A stretch of 62,236 bases of DNA, counting the filler, from Fonticula-like sp. SCN 57-25 (Eukaryota): assembly GCA_001724245.1 (NCBI GenBank). It is 10 parts of 10 records of this genome, joined end to end, with 100 filler letters (N's around TTAATTAATTAA, not from the genome) between each part and the next. Parts side by side here need not be neighbours in the genome. Positions count along the whole stretch, not along the records: positions 43,869 to 49,951 come from MEDX01000486.1; positions 50,052 to 56,117 come from MEDX01000487.1; positions 56,218 to 62,236 come from MEDX01000490.1; 7 more parts are not named here. One strand, written 5' to 3'. Below the pieces are notes generated by a model. That model was given only the letters and a program-made list of their open reading frames with translations. It ran no database searches and was not told where the DNA came from. A program made the translations under genes and the position numbers. Each line of letters begins with the position of its first letter. The stretch's first letter is position 1. Positions 45,946-57,889 of this stretch are shown here, piece by piece.

Positions 45946-48900
45946 ATGGACGCATTCGAGCTTGGCGAGGAGCTGCTGCGCCTGCAGGACGAAGGGCTCA
46001 CAGAGTACTTTGTGCCTGGAGGACCTGCGGACGTTCCAGATTGGTCTCGCGATGAGATCAAGAGTGAGCTTGACTCCGCTGCCGAGCGGATTGCCGACAA
46101 TGCCTCGGCTGTGAGCGATCGCGCGACATACGGCTTGCTGTGCACGCTAGTGCGCTCAATAGCGACGCTCGACGCTCCCACTTCTCTTGAAATTATTTCT
46201 GCTCTCGTTGGCGGTGCGTTTTTATATATTCTTTTTGTTTCGCTCATGGCTCCTCTCATGTCCAGTGCTGAAATCCGTGACGACGCATGTCCGCGAGGCA
46301 CAGGAGCAGGAGCCGAACGGAAGCTTTGAAGAAGAGCGTGAGCAGCTGGAGCGCGCCGCATTCCTTATTTACTACGCCTTCTTGGTGATGGAGCAGACGC
46401 ATGGCGGGAAAGGCGCCGACGGCGGGATCATTGCGGCCGTGAAGCGCACGGTTGCCAAGAAGGGCGCCAAGGGTAAGAAGGCCGCCAACGCAGACGGCGA
46501 CGCGCCTGCCGTTGACTGGAACCAGACGAAACAGGCAATTTTGGCGGCGCAGGTGGACGCGCTCGAGCTCCCGCTCGGCGCGCGCCTCTGGCAGCTCTCG
46601 CACGAGCGGGACGCCTTCATCGGCCTCTTCACAAAGCCCTGCTGGTCCATGCTCGAAACGGCAGAGACGCAAAAGGAAACGGAGCTTTGCGAGCTGATTA
46701 TCCGTGTTTTGATTAACGCTGTCATGTCCTTTGGCCAGCGCTTTGGTACGTACTGTGGTCTTCGTGTATTTTTCTCCACTTACACCATGGCTAGCCACGG
46801 TCACGTCGGTCACGCAGCAGTTGACGTACTTTAGCCACGCTGCCGAGCTGATGGCCAAGCTTGTTGCCGAGCTTTCGGGCGAGCGCGGGCATGCCGAGCT
46901 GGCACACGACGTGCTCACCGAAATTTCCAAGATGCAGTTTGCGAGCCAGCAGGAGAATGCCAAGCACTTTGCCGCTTTTTTGAGCACTCTGGCCGAGCGC
47001 CAGCCACGCGTCATCAATCACAAGCTTGCGCAAGTCGTCAAGCATCTTGATAGCGAGGTACGCAGACACACTTTTTTGTCTTTTTTAGCTCATGGGGCCT
47101 GCAGAGCTATGTGATGCGCATTGCTGTGGCCGAGGCGGTTGGTTTCATCATTTCCGACAAGCTCACCTCTGCAAGCGGCGAGGAGGGTGCCGACCAGCAA
47201 GTCGACAGTCTTTTGGACGTTCTTCTTGAGCGCTTCCGCGACAATAACGCCTTTGTGCGCTCTCGCATTCTGCAGATCACTGCGCGCCTTGCCGAGGCCC
47301 GGCACATTCCCCTTCAGTATCGCGCCGACTTTGTCGCGCTCTCCACGGGCCGCATCAAGGACAAGTCGAGTATTGTGCGCAAGAACGCGCTGCAGACGGT
47401 GTCCCTGCTGCTGCGGACGCACCCGTTCCTCAAAGACGGCGGCAAGCTGGACCTTGCCGTCGTACAGGAGCGCGTCGCCGAGGCCGACATCAAGCTAGCC
47501 GCTTTCCTTGAGAACGCCTCGCTCCCGTCCGAGGTGCGCACGATGACGACACCGCGGGCCAAGCGCACGCGCAGCGCAAACGACGACGACGAGGCCGACG
47601 CCGAGACCACACAGGATGAGAGCGACGCCGAGGACGCGCCCCTACCGCAAGAGTCGGGCAACGAGGACGCAGCTGCGACCGTCCTGAGCCCCAGCGCCGC
47701 CTCTGAGCTCGCCATGCTCAAGGTGACGCAGCGGTACTACCAGGACGCCGTCAAGTTTTCCCAGCAGATGGAGGTTTGTCCCCTTTTTGGATTGCGTGTT
47801 TTGGGCTAACTCAATGGTGACACACAGGGCGCGGCCGCCATTGCCGAAAAGCTGCTTTTGTCGACGACCAAGTCGGATGTGACAGAGGCGATTGCCTTTT
47901 TGATTGTTGGGTATGACTATGGCGTTGCCGCTGCCGTCGTCGGTGTTCGCAAGATGGTTCACCTCGTGTGGAGCCGCGACGACGGCGCCGCTGCGGGCCG
48001 CTCCATCAAGGACCACGTGGTGGATGCCTACCAGTCCCTCTACTTTTCGGCGGACCCGCGCCAGAGCGCCCGCGAGCGCGCTAGCCACATTGCGCGCGGC
48101 GTGTTTGAGTGCGTTATTGCGGACTTGTTGCTCGGCCGCTAATTTTTCCACCTTTTGTAGGCTGCTGTCCGACATGTCGTACGCCGAGGTGACGTCGTTT
48201 GAGGAGCTTGTTTCGGTGCTGATGGCGCGCGGCCTTGTGCCCGGCGAGCTTGTCGATGTGCTGTGGACTTTTTACTCGGCGCAGAGCAGCAAGGTGGAGG
48301 TGCCTGCCTCGTACCGCCGCGGTGCTGTGATGCTTCTGGGAATGCTTGCGCAGTCGGACCGCGCCGTCATCGCCGACCGCCTCGACACGCTCGTGCGCGT
48401 CGGTCTTGGCCCGGCCGGCCACGCGGACCCACTGCTCGCCAAGGCGACCTGCACGGCGCTGCTGCGCCTGGACACGCGCGAGCGGCGCAAGAAGCCCGAT
48501 CAGAAGGCCGCCAAGGCGGCGCCGTCGCCGCCTCTGCCGCCGACGCACGCGCTCGCTGACCGCCTTGGTGATCTCATTTTGCTCGAGGCCGAGTGCCCGC
48601 TGCCCGTCTGGTTTGGCCTCGCAGAGACCGCCATCGAAGTCATCTACGGCCTGTTTGAGCAGCCCGACACCATCTCGGCGCGTCTGCTGACCGCGTGGGC
48701 GACGCGCGCGTTTACCACGCCCGGGATCGACTCGCTCCACCGCATGCTCTTTTTCGTCGGCCTCGTGGCGTCCAAGCAGAACGCGCACCTCGAGACGATT
48801 GAGAGGCACTGGAAGCGCACGCGCGGCGGCGACGCCAAGCAGCAGCAGCCCGCTGCGGAGGACGCCAAGAAGCCGGCCGGGAGAAAGGGCAAGGCCGCGG

Positions 48901-49951
48901 CTGCCGCCCCTGCCGAGGTGGACGACCTCGAGCAGTGTGCTGCGGCCGGCACGAATGAGGACGAGTTCATGGACACGCTTGCTGCTGTGCGCGAGAACGA
49001 GCACCTGTACGGCGGCCAGTCGCTCCTCGCGCACTTTGCCCCGATGGTCGTGTACATTTGCTCGCAAAACAGCCTGTTTGAGGACGAGGTGCTCCAAACG
49101 GTCGCTGCTTCGACGCTTGCGCGGCTCATGTGCCTGTCGTCGCGCTTTTGCGAGGAGCAATTGCAGCTCTTGCTCACCATCCTGGAGCGCTCGCCTTACG
49201 AAGCCGTCCGCAACAACATTGTTGCCTCGCTGGGCGACATGGTTGTTTTGTTCAGCAGCCTTATCGACGAAAATATTGGCTTTTTGTACAATCGGCTGAG
49301 CGACCGCTCGCTGATGGTTCGCAAGAGCGCCCTGATGGTGCTGACGCACCTCATCCTGAACGGCATGATCAAGGTCAAGGGCCAGATTGCCGAGATGGCG
49401 CGGTGCATCACGGACTCCGACGAGCGCATCTCGGACATGGCCAAGCTCTTTTTCACCGAGCTCTCGCTCAAGGACAATGCGCTGTACAACAACCTGGCGG
49501 ACATTATCAGCGGTCTGTCGGTCGGCGCGACGCCGCTCTCGGAAGAGTCGTTCCAGCAGATCATGCGGTTCCTGCTGCAGTTCATCTCCAAGGAGAAGCA
49601 CACCGAGAGTCTCGTGGACAAGCTCAGCCACCGCTTCAGGCAGTGCGACACGGTCCAGCAGTGCCGCGACCTTGCCTACTGCCTGTCGCAGCTCTCCTAC
49701 ACCAACGACAAGACGATCAAGCGCCTCCTCGAAAACTATCCCGTGTACAAGGACAAGCTCGCCGACGACCGCACGGCCGCGCTCATGCTCGAGGTCGTCG
49801 TAAAGGCGAGAAAGAGCCAAAAGACGGAAGGAAAGGGGTCCATCGACGAGCTCGAGCAGCGCATCCGCGAGGGCGCAGGCATGCCCGCGGCGGGTGCTGC
49901 GTCGGCGGAGGTCAAGGAGGAGGAGGAGGCTGACCAGGCCGAGGCTGAATA
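45946..49951 (+). CDS. NCAPD2: Condensin complex subunit 1 (CAP-D2/YCS4/Cnd1), multi-exon, 3' truncated
   Basis: LLERFRDNNAFVRSRILQ, DKSSIVRKNAL, VRNNIVASLGDM and LTHLILNGMIKVKGQIAEMARC...ISDMAKLFF. Confidence 0.93.
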
Positions 49952-50075
49952 NNNNNNNNNNNNNNNNNNNNNNNNNNNNNNNNNNNNNNNNNNNNTTAAT
50001 TAATTAANNNNNNNNNNNNNNNNNNNNNNNNNNNNNNNNNNNNNNNNNNNNCAAAAAAAAACAAAAAATAGAAAG

Positions 50076-50146
50076 TGCGCCGGCCGGGAATCGAACCCGG
50101 GTCTACCGCGTGGCAGGCGGCAATTCTACCACTAGACCACCGGCGC
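50076..50146 (-). tRNA. tRNA-Gly(GCC)
   Basis: GCGCCGGTGGTCTAGTGGTAGAATTGCCGCCTGCCACGCGGTAGACCCGGGTTCGATTCCCGGCCGGCGCA folds as a cloverleaf with anticodon GCC. No encoded CCA; followed by a T-run Pol III terminator. Confidence 0.95.
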
Positions 50147-50230
50147 ATCACTCGATGAGTCTCACATTTCCGAAATGGTTTAAAAACCTTTCTCCCTTCG
50201 ACGTGGCGGGTGAGGACGTGGTACCTGACG

Positions 50231-52153
50231 ATGGAGGCCGCGGCGCCAGCGAGTGATCGGAAGCGGCGGGACGAGGACGACGCTGTGGTGGATTTGGACT
50301 CAAAGGCCATGGAAGACGTTGACGACTATGAGGAGAGCGAGGAAGAGGAGGAAGAAGAGGAGGACGATGATGGTAAGCTGTACTGTGTGTGTCAGCGTAA
50401 ATACGATGGGTCGGTGATGGGCCAGTGCGATGGATGCAACGAGTGGTTCCATCCCGGCTGCCTGGGCTACTCGCAGGCGTACGTGAAGCGCAGCCCGACT
50501 TTTTACTGCAAGTCCTGCGACAAGGACGGCGAGCACAAGCGCCGCGCCGAGGAGGCGATCCGCAAGGCCAAGCAGGCGCGAAAGCGCATCCGCAAGGAGG
50601 ATTACGAGGATGAGGAGGCGAGCAGCAGCGATGAGGAATTTACAGAAACTGCAGGCAGCGGCACGCAAACCAAGCGCAAGCGCACGGCGTCGCCCAAGCC
50701 GTCTGCTCTTTCCGGCCTCGACAGCAGCACGGCCGCCGATCTTTTATTGGCCGAGCTGCTCGGCGGCGGCCCCGCCCCCGCAGCCGCCGCGCGCCCGGCA
50801 CCAAAATCTCCTTCTTCCAAGGCGGCCCCCGCGCGCCGCTCGACAGAAGACCGTGTTGCCGCCGCGCGCGATGCCGCCTCTCGCAAGCTCAAGATCGCCG
50901 CCGCGACGACCCCCACTGCCGCCTCCTCTGACCCCGTCCGCCGCGCGGCCGTCAAGTCGCTCACCAACGTCCTCTCCTCTTTCTGGAGCGAAGCGTACGC
51001 CGCCTCGCACGCAAACATGTCTACCGCCCGCGTTGCCGCCGAGGACATTGAGCGCGAGCTCTTCCTCTCCGCGCACACTGAGGACGACGCCACCGGCAAC
51101 CTAAAGTGCTCGCCCAATTACAAGTCGCAGATCCGCCGCCTCGTCTTCAACCTCGGCGACCCCTCAAACGACTCTCTCCGCGCTTCTCTCACGAGCGCAG
51201 AAATCACGCACGCGCAGCTCGTCCGCATGGACCCCGACGAGCTCGCCTCCACTGAACTCGCCGAGTGGCGCGCAAAGCAGCGCGAAATCGCCCTCAAGGA
51301 CACGATCGTCGCCGACGACGACATTCAGGCAGGCGCAAGGATAATAAAAACCCACAAGGGCGACATTGTCGTCGGCGGCGACGAAGAATCGCTCGCCGCC
51401 CTGGCAGCGCCCATCTCTGCCATCGACGATGAAGATCAAGATCAGGATCAGGATCAGGATCAGGATCAGGATCGGGATCAGGATCAGCAAGATCAGCAAA
51501 AAGAAACCAATAATTCCCCCCACGTGGATGACGCAGCCTCATCCGAGTCCACGCCCACCCCCTCAGAGCCGCTGTCTGCCTCCAGCAGCAGCATCACCTT
51601 GCCCACCTCAGTCCCCACTGTATCCGCCCCTGACTCGGTCCCGACCGTCTCAGCCGCCGAACCCCCCCCGCCCCCACCCCCCAAAAAAGACTTTTCCTCG
51701 CCCACGTGGACAGGCACCCTAACAATGCACGGCCTGCCGACCCTTTCCGTCACCTGCCACGTCGCCGACTCTCTGTACCTCGACCTGTCCCTTCTCGGCC
51801 GCACCCTCCAAGTCCAGGGCCGCATCGACGTCGGCGCCGTCCACCGCTACCTCAGCGGTGTCGTCGCCGGCGGCCGAGCGCCCCCGCTCCGCGTGATCCG
51901 CATCGAGCCCGCCTCGAATGTGGACCGCAGCGCGCTCGAAATATATTACGAGTATTTCGTGTCGCGTGAGCGGCTTGGGGTGATCGCCGCGCCAGAGGGG
52001 TTCAAGGATGTGTATATGATTCCGTGGACGGAGGCGGCGAGGGAGCGGTTTGGGGAGGTGGGGGTCGAAGGGGGGGAGGAGGGGGGCATTGTGGGCGTGA
52101 TGGTGCCACAGGGGGGGGAGGGGAAAGAGAAAAGGAGACATGCAGAGTATTGA
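50231..52153 (+). CDS. PHD-TFIIS(M)-SPOC transcription factor (BYE1/DIDO1/PHF3 family) with a (DQ)n tract
   Basis: PHD LYCVCQ...QCDGCNEWFHPGCLG...FYCKSC. TFIIS-M YKSQIRRLVFNLGDPSN...LVRMDPDELAS. SPOC WTGTLTM...VQGRID...KDVYMIP. Confidence 0.88.
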   Translation: MEAAAPASDRKRRDEDDAVVDLDSKAMEDVDDYEESEEEEEEEEDDDGKLYCVCQRKYDGSVMGQCDGCNEWFHPGCLGYSQAYVKRSPTFYCKSCDKDGEHKRRAEEAIRKAKQARKRIRKEDYEDEEASSSDEEFTETAGSGTQTKRKRTASPKPSALSGLDSSTAADLLLAELLGGGPAPAAAARPAPKSPSSKAAPARRSTEDRVAAARDAASRKLKIAAATTPTAASSDPVRRAAVKSLTNVLSSFWSEAYAASHANMSTARVAAEDIERELFLSAHTEDDATGNLKCSPNYKSQIRRLVFNLGDPSNDSLRASLTSAEITHAQLVRMDPDELASTELAEWRAKQREIALKDTIVADDDIQAGARIIKTHKGDIVVGGDEESLAALAAPISAIDDEDQDQDQDQDQDQDRDQDQQDQQKETNNSPHVDDAASSESTPTPSEPLSASSSSITLPTSVPTVSAPDSVPTVSAAEPPPPPPPKKDFSSPTWTGTLTMHGLPTLSVTCHVADSLYLDLSLLGRTLQVQGRIDVGAVHRYLSGVVAGGRAPPLRVIRIEPASNVDRSALEIYYEYFVSRERLGVIAAPEGFKDVYMIPWTEAARERFGEVGVEGGEEGGIVGVMVPQGGEGKEKRRHAEY

Positions 52154-52209
52154 AGATGTTTTGTATTAATAAACAATGTATAGAATTGAGACATGAATAG
52201 GTCACTTTT

Positions 52210-52390
52210 TGAATGATACTGTATATTTATGGTCATATTCATGATGATGATTGTATTATGGTCAGATTCATAGCCATGATTGTATTATGGTCAGATTCAT
52301 GGCCATATTCTGATATCCATGGTCATATTCAAACACTCATGATAGTCATATTCAAATAGTCATGATCATGTAGTCATGTTCATGAACATC
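52210..52390. repeat. AT-rich degenerate tandem repeat (ATGGTCA(T/G)ATTCAT units; ~29-nt duplication at ~52247-52304)
   Basis: Seen directly between convergent 3' ends. Confidence 0.75.
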
Positions 52391-52573
52391 AGTGTGTATT
52401 CAACTATACTACAATTTTCATGCCATATCTGAATAATTATCAAACTCGTTCTTCAATCATGTTCATTGAATCATACTCGATTGATATTCACACCATATCT
52501 ACGCCCATAGTCTTACAGTTCCTCGACAGTTCCCACTAATATACACAAACATCACAATTACAGTCTAACCACT

Positions 52574-53039
52574 CTAGCACAGCTGCCTATCAACAGCGAG
52601 ATTGACAAGGTGTGCACTGGCGCTCTCCACGTGCCACGCGATCTCGCCACGGCCGCCCATGCTCGACTGCAGCGACATGGCGCCCCATACACCGCGCGCC
52701 GATCTACACACACGCCGTGTCAGATGCAGCACACAGACACATCCAAATAATACGCACGTTGAGGGGACGCGCAAGATGCCGCGGCCACGCGATGAATCCC
52801 ATTGGAGAACGTCCACGGGCACGGCGGATCCCGTCAGGCCAAAGGCAGATCCGAGCGCGGCATTGATCGCTTTCTTGGCTTCTATTGCGTCAGGAAGCGC
52901 CGCTGCAGGCCGACTAGCACAAATAATCGTTAGAATGTACGTAAAAAAAGACAAATTTGCCGAAAAAACGGCCAAAAACGCACCACACGACGCGCATGTA
53001 CCACCATGCCGGCCGCCGCTCGACCACGACGCGCTCCAT
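52574..53039 (-). CDS. RPP14: RNase P/MRP subunit Rpp14/Pop8-like (3 exons)
   Basis: WWYMRV, ALGSAFGLTGSAVPVDVL, GILRVP, VWGAMSL and VESASAHLVNL. Confidence 0.7.
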
Positions 53040-53040
53040 T

Positions 53041-53300
53041 GTCACCACTTCTTATGTGACGTCATCAAACGCATCCACCAATCACACGCACTTTGCTTGT
53101 GACGTCACCACTTCTTAGAATGGCAGTCTGATGGCAGTCGGACAAGATGTGATCATCACCCGAACCAATCGATCTCCTCGGAAAGTGACGTCACCACGTG
53201 AATCCTTCCCTGACCAATCACACGCACCTTGACACCCATGACGTCATCGCATTCCACCAATCACACCGATCCTTTTCCCTGACGTCACGCCCTCTCCGAT
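53041..53300. promoter_or_regulatory. Bidirectional promoter with an alternating array of 5 TGACGTCA (CRE) and 4 CCAAT boxes
   Basis: TGACGTCA at 53057, 53100, 53186, 53239 and 53280. CCAATC at 53078, 53165, 53214 and 53257. CACGTG at 53195. Confidence 0.8.
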
Positions 53301-53468
53301 TCGCACTTTTCTGTTTCCTTTTCACCTGACTGGCTGTCGGCTGGACCAACGGGCGCGCTCGGTCCTTGGCGGTTTCTGGTTGGCGGTTGAAAAGCGCGCG
53401 CGACGCATCCGTGACAAGGTGTCAGGCAACTGTTGAACGACAGAGGAACGGCTTATTCGTTGGCTGGA

Positions 53469-54126
53469 ATGGTGCGCGGTGGGAAAAGTGTGGAAAGTGG
53501 TTTGGCTGGGGGATCGTTTTGGCCGTTGGGGGTTTGTGTTTTTTTTGGCGCGAAATCCGTTGGGGTCTGCAACTGACGCGGGGATGCTGCAGGACGCGAC
53601 AAAGGGCATGCAGGGCGTGTACGACCCAACTCGCCAGGGTGTGGTTGGCGGGCCCGGGATGGCGGGCAACGGCGTGCAGGGCGGCTCCAATATGATGACG
53701 CAGCTCATGATGAATCACCCGATGCAGGGCGGCATGGGCAACGCCATGCCGCACCCCGTCCTGGCGCCGATTTACCGCATGCCGCTCCCGAGCGAGCTTG
53801 TTGAGGAGGAGCCGCTCTACGTCAACGCCAAGCAATACCACCGCATTCTGAAGCGGAGACAGGCGCGCGCCAAGCTCGAGGCCGAGAACAAGCTCGCCAA
53901 GGCGCGCAAGCCCTTTTTGCACGATTCGCGGCATCAGCATGCGATGAAGCGCCCGCGCGGGTCGGGAGGCCGCTTCCTCACGGCAGAGGAGGTCGCCAAG
54001 CGCAAGCAGGACGAGAGCGCCGCGGCGCAGCAGCAGGTGCCCGGCACGTTGTCAAACCAAAAGGGCGGCATCGACGCTTTTGGCCAGGCGCTCGGAAACG
54101 TCGGCTTCACCAAGACCGACAAGTAA
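53469..54126 (+). CDS. NFYA: CCAAT-binding factor subunit NF-YA/HAP2; probable ATG-only first coding exon, intron 53472-53592
   Basis: [25 protein letters not shown] and [34 protein letters not shown] donor, CTGAC branch site and CTGCAG acceptor. Confidence 0.93.
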
Positions 54127-54708
54127 ATACTCTATTGAGGCGCGGAAGGGCCGCGGCGGCGTCTCGGCGTAGCGCGCCGCTTTTTTTTCGTTCCGCGCGC
54201 GCGCGGGATCCCATCTGTAGTGTGTGAGAGTTTGTGCAGTTTGCGTTTGCAGGTGTTTTTGTTTCTGTTCTTTTGATCGACGGCGGTGACGCCTGCGTTT
54301 TTTTTACGTTTTCGTGTGCGCTGCTTGGCAGCAGTGTGCTTTGCGAGGAAAACATACTTGATCTTGTGTAGCGCGGCAGTGCATGGCGCGCCGCGGGTGC
54401 AACGCCACGGTTAACACTGTGGCATGCAACTCCCGGCTCACCGGTGCCGCTGCCGCTTTTTCTTCCTTGCTTCACTTAATAAAAGTATGACTATGCATTC
54501 TGTGCACATTTGCCAACCCAAATTAATCAAAATTGCCTCAAAACCCGCCCTCGATCGGCCGATTCGCGCGCTGCGCACGTTCAGTTGGCAACTGTTCCGG
54601 TCGGTTTCGTCCTTCTCGGTCGTTCACGCGTCGGTTTTGGTCGGTTTTGGTCGGTCAGAAAAGATGGTGACGCGGACTTGATTTGTTGTGGGCGCATCCA
54701 CTGCTACA

Positions 54709-56117
54709 ATGTCCAGTGGTAGTTTGGCATCCCAAGTGCTCACGATGGACATCCGCGTAGGAGGAGGCCGCTATCGCCTCGGGCGGAAGCTCGGGAGCGG
54801 TTCTTTCGGCGAAGTGTTCAAGGGTACGCTGGATGGGCGCTCTGGCGCGGATGGTATGTCGGTTGGATGCTGATGATGATCTGCTGTGGTATGCTAGGGG
54901 TCAATGTTTTGACGAACCAGGAGGTCGCGATCAAGCTCGAGCACTACCGCTGCGATGTGCCGCAGCTCATGTATGAGATGAAGGTGTACAAACTCTTTTC
55001 TGGTGGAGGTGCGCGCGCAGTCTGGCTATGCCGGTTGATCCCTCCATCCCAATGCTGACATATGGTGACGTAGTTGGATTCCCGGATGTGTTTTGGTTTG
55101 GGCGCGAAGGAGATTACTCTGTGATGGTCATGGACCTTCTCGGCCCGTCGCTAGAAGACCTTTTTGGGTTTTGCGATAGGAAATTCTCTGTCAAGACGGT
55201 GCTAATGCTGGCGAATCAGCTCGTACGCCATTTTCCCGCGCACTTTTACTGTTTGCTAATCATGGCGGGATTCCGTTCAGATTTCTCGGCTCGAGTTCAT
55301 GCACGAGCGCCACTTTTTGCACCGCGACCTCAAGCCGGACAACTTTTTGATGGGCGTCGGCAACAAGGAATCGACCGTCTACCTGATTGATCTCGGCCTC
55401 GCCAAGCGCTACCGCGATCCCAAGACGATGGTCCACATTGCCTACCGCGAGCACAAGTCGCTCACCGGCACGGCCCGCTACGCCTCATTGAATACCCACT
55501 TGGGCATTGGTACGTTCTTTTTGGGTCATTTTTGGGTCTTTTGTGGCCTTTATTTTCCGTTAACTGTTTTTTTTGGTCCGATTACTTTTCCTTTTCGATG
55601 ATTCCCGCCATGATTCCTCGATGATTGCCGACATGATGTCTGACTTTTCCCCCCTTTTCCCCTTTTTCCACCAATCAGAGCAAAGCCGCCGCGACGATCT
55701 CGAGTCCCTCGGCTACATGTTTGTCTACTTTTTAAACGGCTCCCTCCCCTGGCAGGGCCTGCGCGGCATCTCCCGCCGCCAAAAGTACGACAAGATCAAG
55801 GAGCGCAAGCTCGCCACGCGCGTCGAGAGCCTCTGCCGCGGCCTCCCCGACGAGTTTGCAACCTATTTAAACTATGTCCGCTCGCTGCGCTTTGACGATC
55901 GCCCCGACTACAACTACCTTCGCGGCCTCTTTCGCGACCTGTACGAGCGGCTCGGCTTCCCGCACGACGACGTCTTTGACTGGAAGGACCCCGCGCGCGC
56001 AAAGGCGGCCGCCATACCACGTGGCCTCAAGACAGAGTCGGTGGCCGCGGCGGGCGGTGATGACGTGGCGGCCGACGGCGGGCAGCCGGGATCGTCGGCG
56101 GCGAATGTGGCGGGAAA
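54709..56117 (+). CDS. Casein kinase I (delta/epsilon/Hrr25-like), multi-exon, 3' truncated
   Basis: [68 protein letters not shown] and LPWQGL. Confidence 0.95.
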
Positions 56118-56249
56118 NNNNNNNNNNNNNNNNNNNNNNNNNNNNNNNNNNNNNNNNNNNNTTAATTAATTAANNNNNNNNNNNNNNNNNNNNNNNNNNN
56201 NNNNNNNNNNNNNNNNNAAACATGACTAGAATACACGGCAATTCGCCTT

Positions 56250-57820
56250 TCACTCGTCCTCCTCCTCCTGCGCGAGCTCCTCGAGCTCCTTCAGCGGCCA
56301 CTCTGTATCCTCCCTCTCGACCTTGCACGCCTCGACCGCGTCCGCCAACGACGCCAGCGACGCCTCGCTCGCGTACTGCACCCACACGCAATAGTCTGTG
56401 AGGTACAGCCGCGCGACAATATGCATCGCGTCGTCCATCTCGACGGCGTGCTTGACCGCCAGTAGCGCGCGAAGGACCGCCGCGCGGCCAAGGCGGAGCA
56501 GAACGACCACGTCGGCGTGCACGGCGCGAGACAGTTCCCAGTTGCGGAAGAGCGGGTAGGCAAGCGACCGACGGTAGCACGCGACAAGGACGTCCTTGAC
56601 TGAGGGGAACACTTCGAGGCAGCTCAGCGTGGCGCTCAGGCGGCAAAGCGTCCACGCGCTCTCGACAGTGCTCTCGCCTTCGGTCGACCGAAGATTGTAC
56701 GAATAGGCAAAAAGAATGTCCACAAGGCCGAGGTAAAGCGGGCGCGGGTCATCAATCAGGACTGAAGCAGCGGAGTGTCAGAGAAGCGTGCCACAATAAT
56801 ATGAAATACGCACACTGCTTGCGGGGCAACTCGCGCAGCAACTTTTGCTCCGCGTCAGAAAACGCTGAAATTGACTCTGTGTCGAGCGGCTGAGCCGGCG
56901 CTTCGGCTTCGTTCGTCTCCTTTGGCGGCTCCTCTGCCGTGTTCGCCTCGATCGCGCGCAACAAATCGGCGGGATCGGCGGGGTCGTCGCTCGGCTCCTC
57001 CTTTTCAACGACGGCGGCAGTGGCAGCCACGCGCTTCTCGAGCTGCTTTGCCCAGAATGTCTTGTACGCGAGCGGCCCCTGGATCGGCTCGAGGTCAACC
57101 GAGTCGGCACTGCAGGAGGTGAGCAGCGGGTCACAGTCATGCGTGAGAGCGTACATGTAGTGATCCTCGTCAAACTTTTCGTCCTCGCGCATGATGCGGT
57201 TCGCGCGGCGCTCCGATTCGGAGGCGCGATCAGGGTCGACGTCGAGATCGACGACCTGATGGCGGGCCTCGCCGAGCGGCGCAAACGCACCGCTGTACTG
57301 CCGGTTAAAGCCGTACTTGGCACCGGTCAGCACAGTCGCGTCATCGTCATCGTCAAGGTTCAGACGCTGCTCAAGGCTCCAGTCAATATCGTCCATCGAT
57401 GCTGTGCATCCCACAGTTAGATCGACAGGCTATCATGAGCATGCGCGTACCGTGGTCCGACGGGCGCGACTCACCGCCGATAAGCTCCACGACGGCGCTG
57501 CCGGCCACGCGGCTCTCAAGGGGCTGCGCGGGCGCAAGCAGCCGCGAGAGCATGTCAAGGCCGTCAAAGTTTTCGCCGGGCGTCAGCTTGGGGAGCGTGA
57601 TCGACATCCAGCCAGTGCCAATGTCGTACTGCGCCGCCTCGCGCTCGTCCTCGGCAAGGGGGCCGGGAAAGTGGAGGCGCAAAAAGTACGGCTTGGCGAG
57701 AAGGCGGAATTCATTGTCGGCGATCGCCGTCTCGACGTCGCGCGCGCGAATGTACGGCGTGTACACGCGCAGGAGCACGTTGTCCGCATCCTGCGTCACC
57801 TCAAACTTGGGCGTCAGCAT
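56250..57820 (-). CDS. SHQ1: H/ACA RNP assembly factor SHQ1, multi-exon
   Basis: MLTPKFEVTQD...KPYFLRLHFPG, YGFNRQYSG, EDEKFDEDHY, STEGESTVESAWT and RRSLAYPLFRNWEL. Confidence 0.93.
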
Positions 57821-57889
57821 GGCAGGCGGTTTGTACAGTCAGCATTTCAGTTTCGCGCGGATTGTTCACATCATCGCGGGTGCTCCGTC

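Noticed and set aside
33696-49820. Long antisense ORFs (33696-35678, 39991-41748, 48114-49820; also 16387-17802 and 14373-15362) as overlapping genes
   Set aside because: These are shadow frames of GC3-biased real genes and carry no recognisable motifs.
53041-53300. Repeat-spacer pattern as a CRISPR-like array
   Set aside because: The repeats are only 6-8-nt transcription-factor motifs with uneven spacing, in a eukaryotic promoter with no cas genes.
6160-56217. TTAATTAATTAA recurring about every 6.2 kb as a periodic biological element
   Set aside because: It is always centred in N44 pads and truncates genes, so it is a contig-joining linker.
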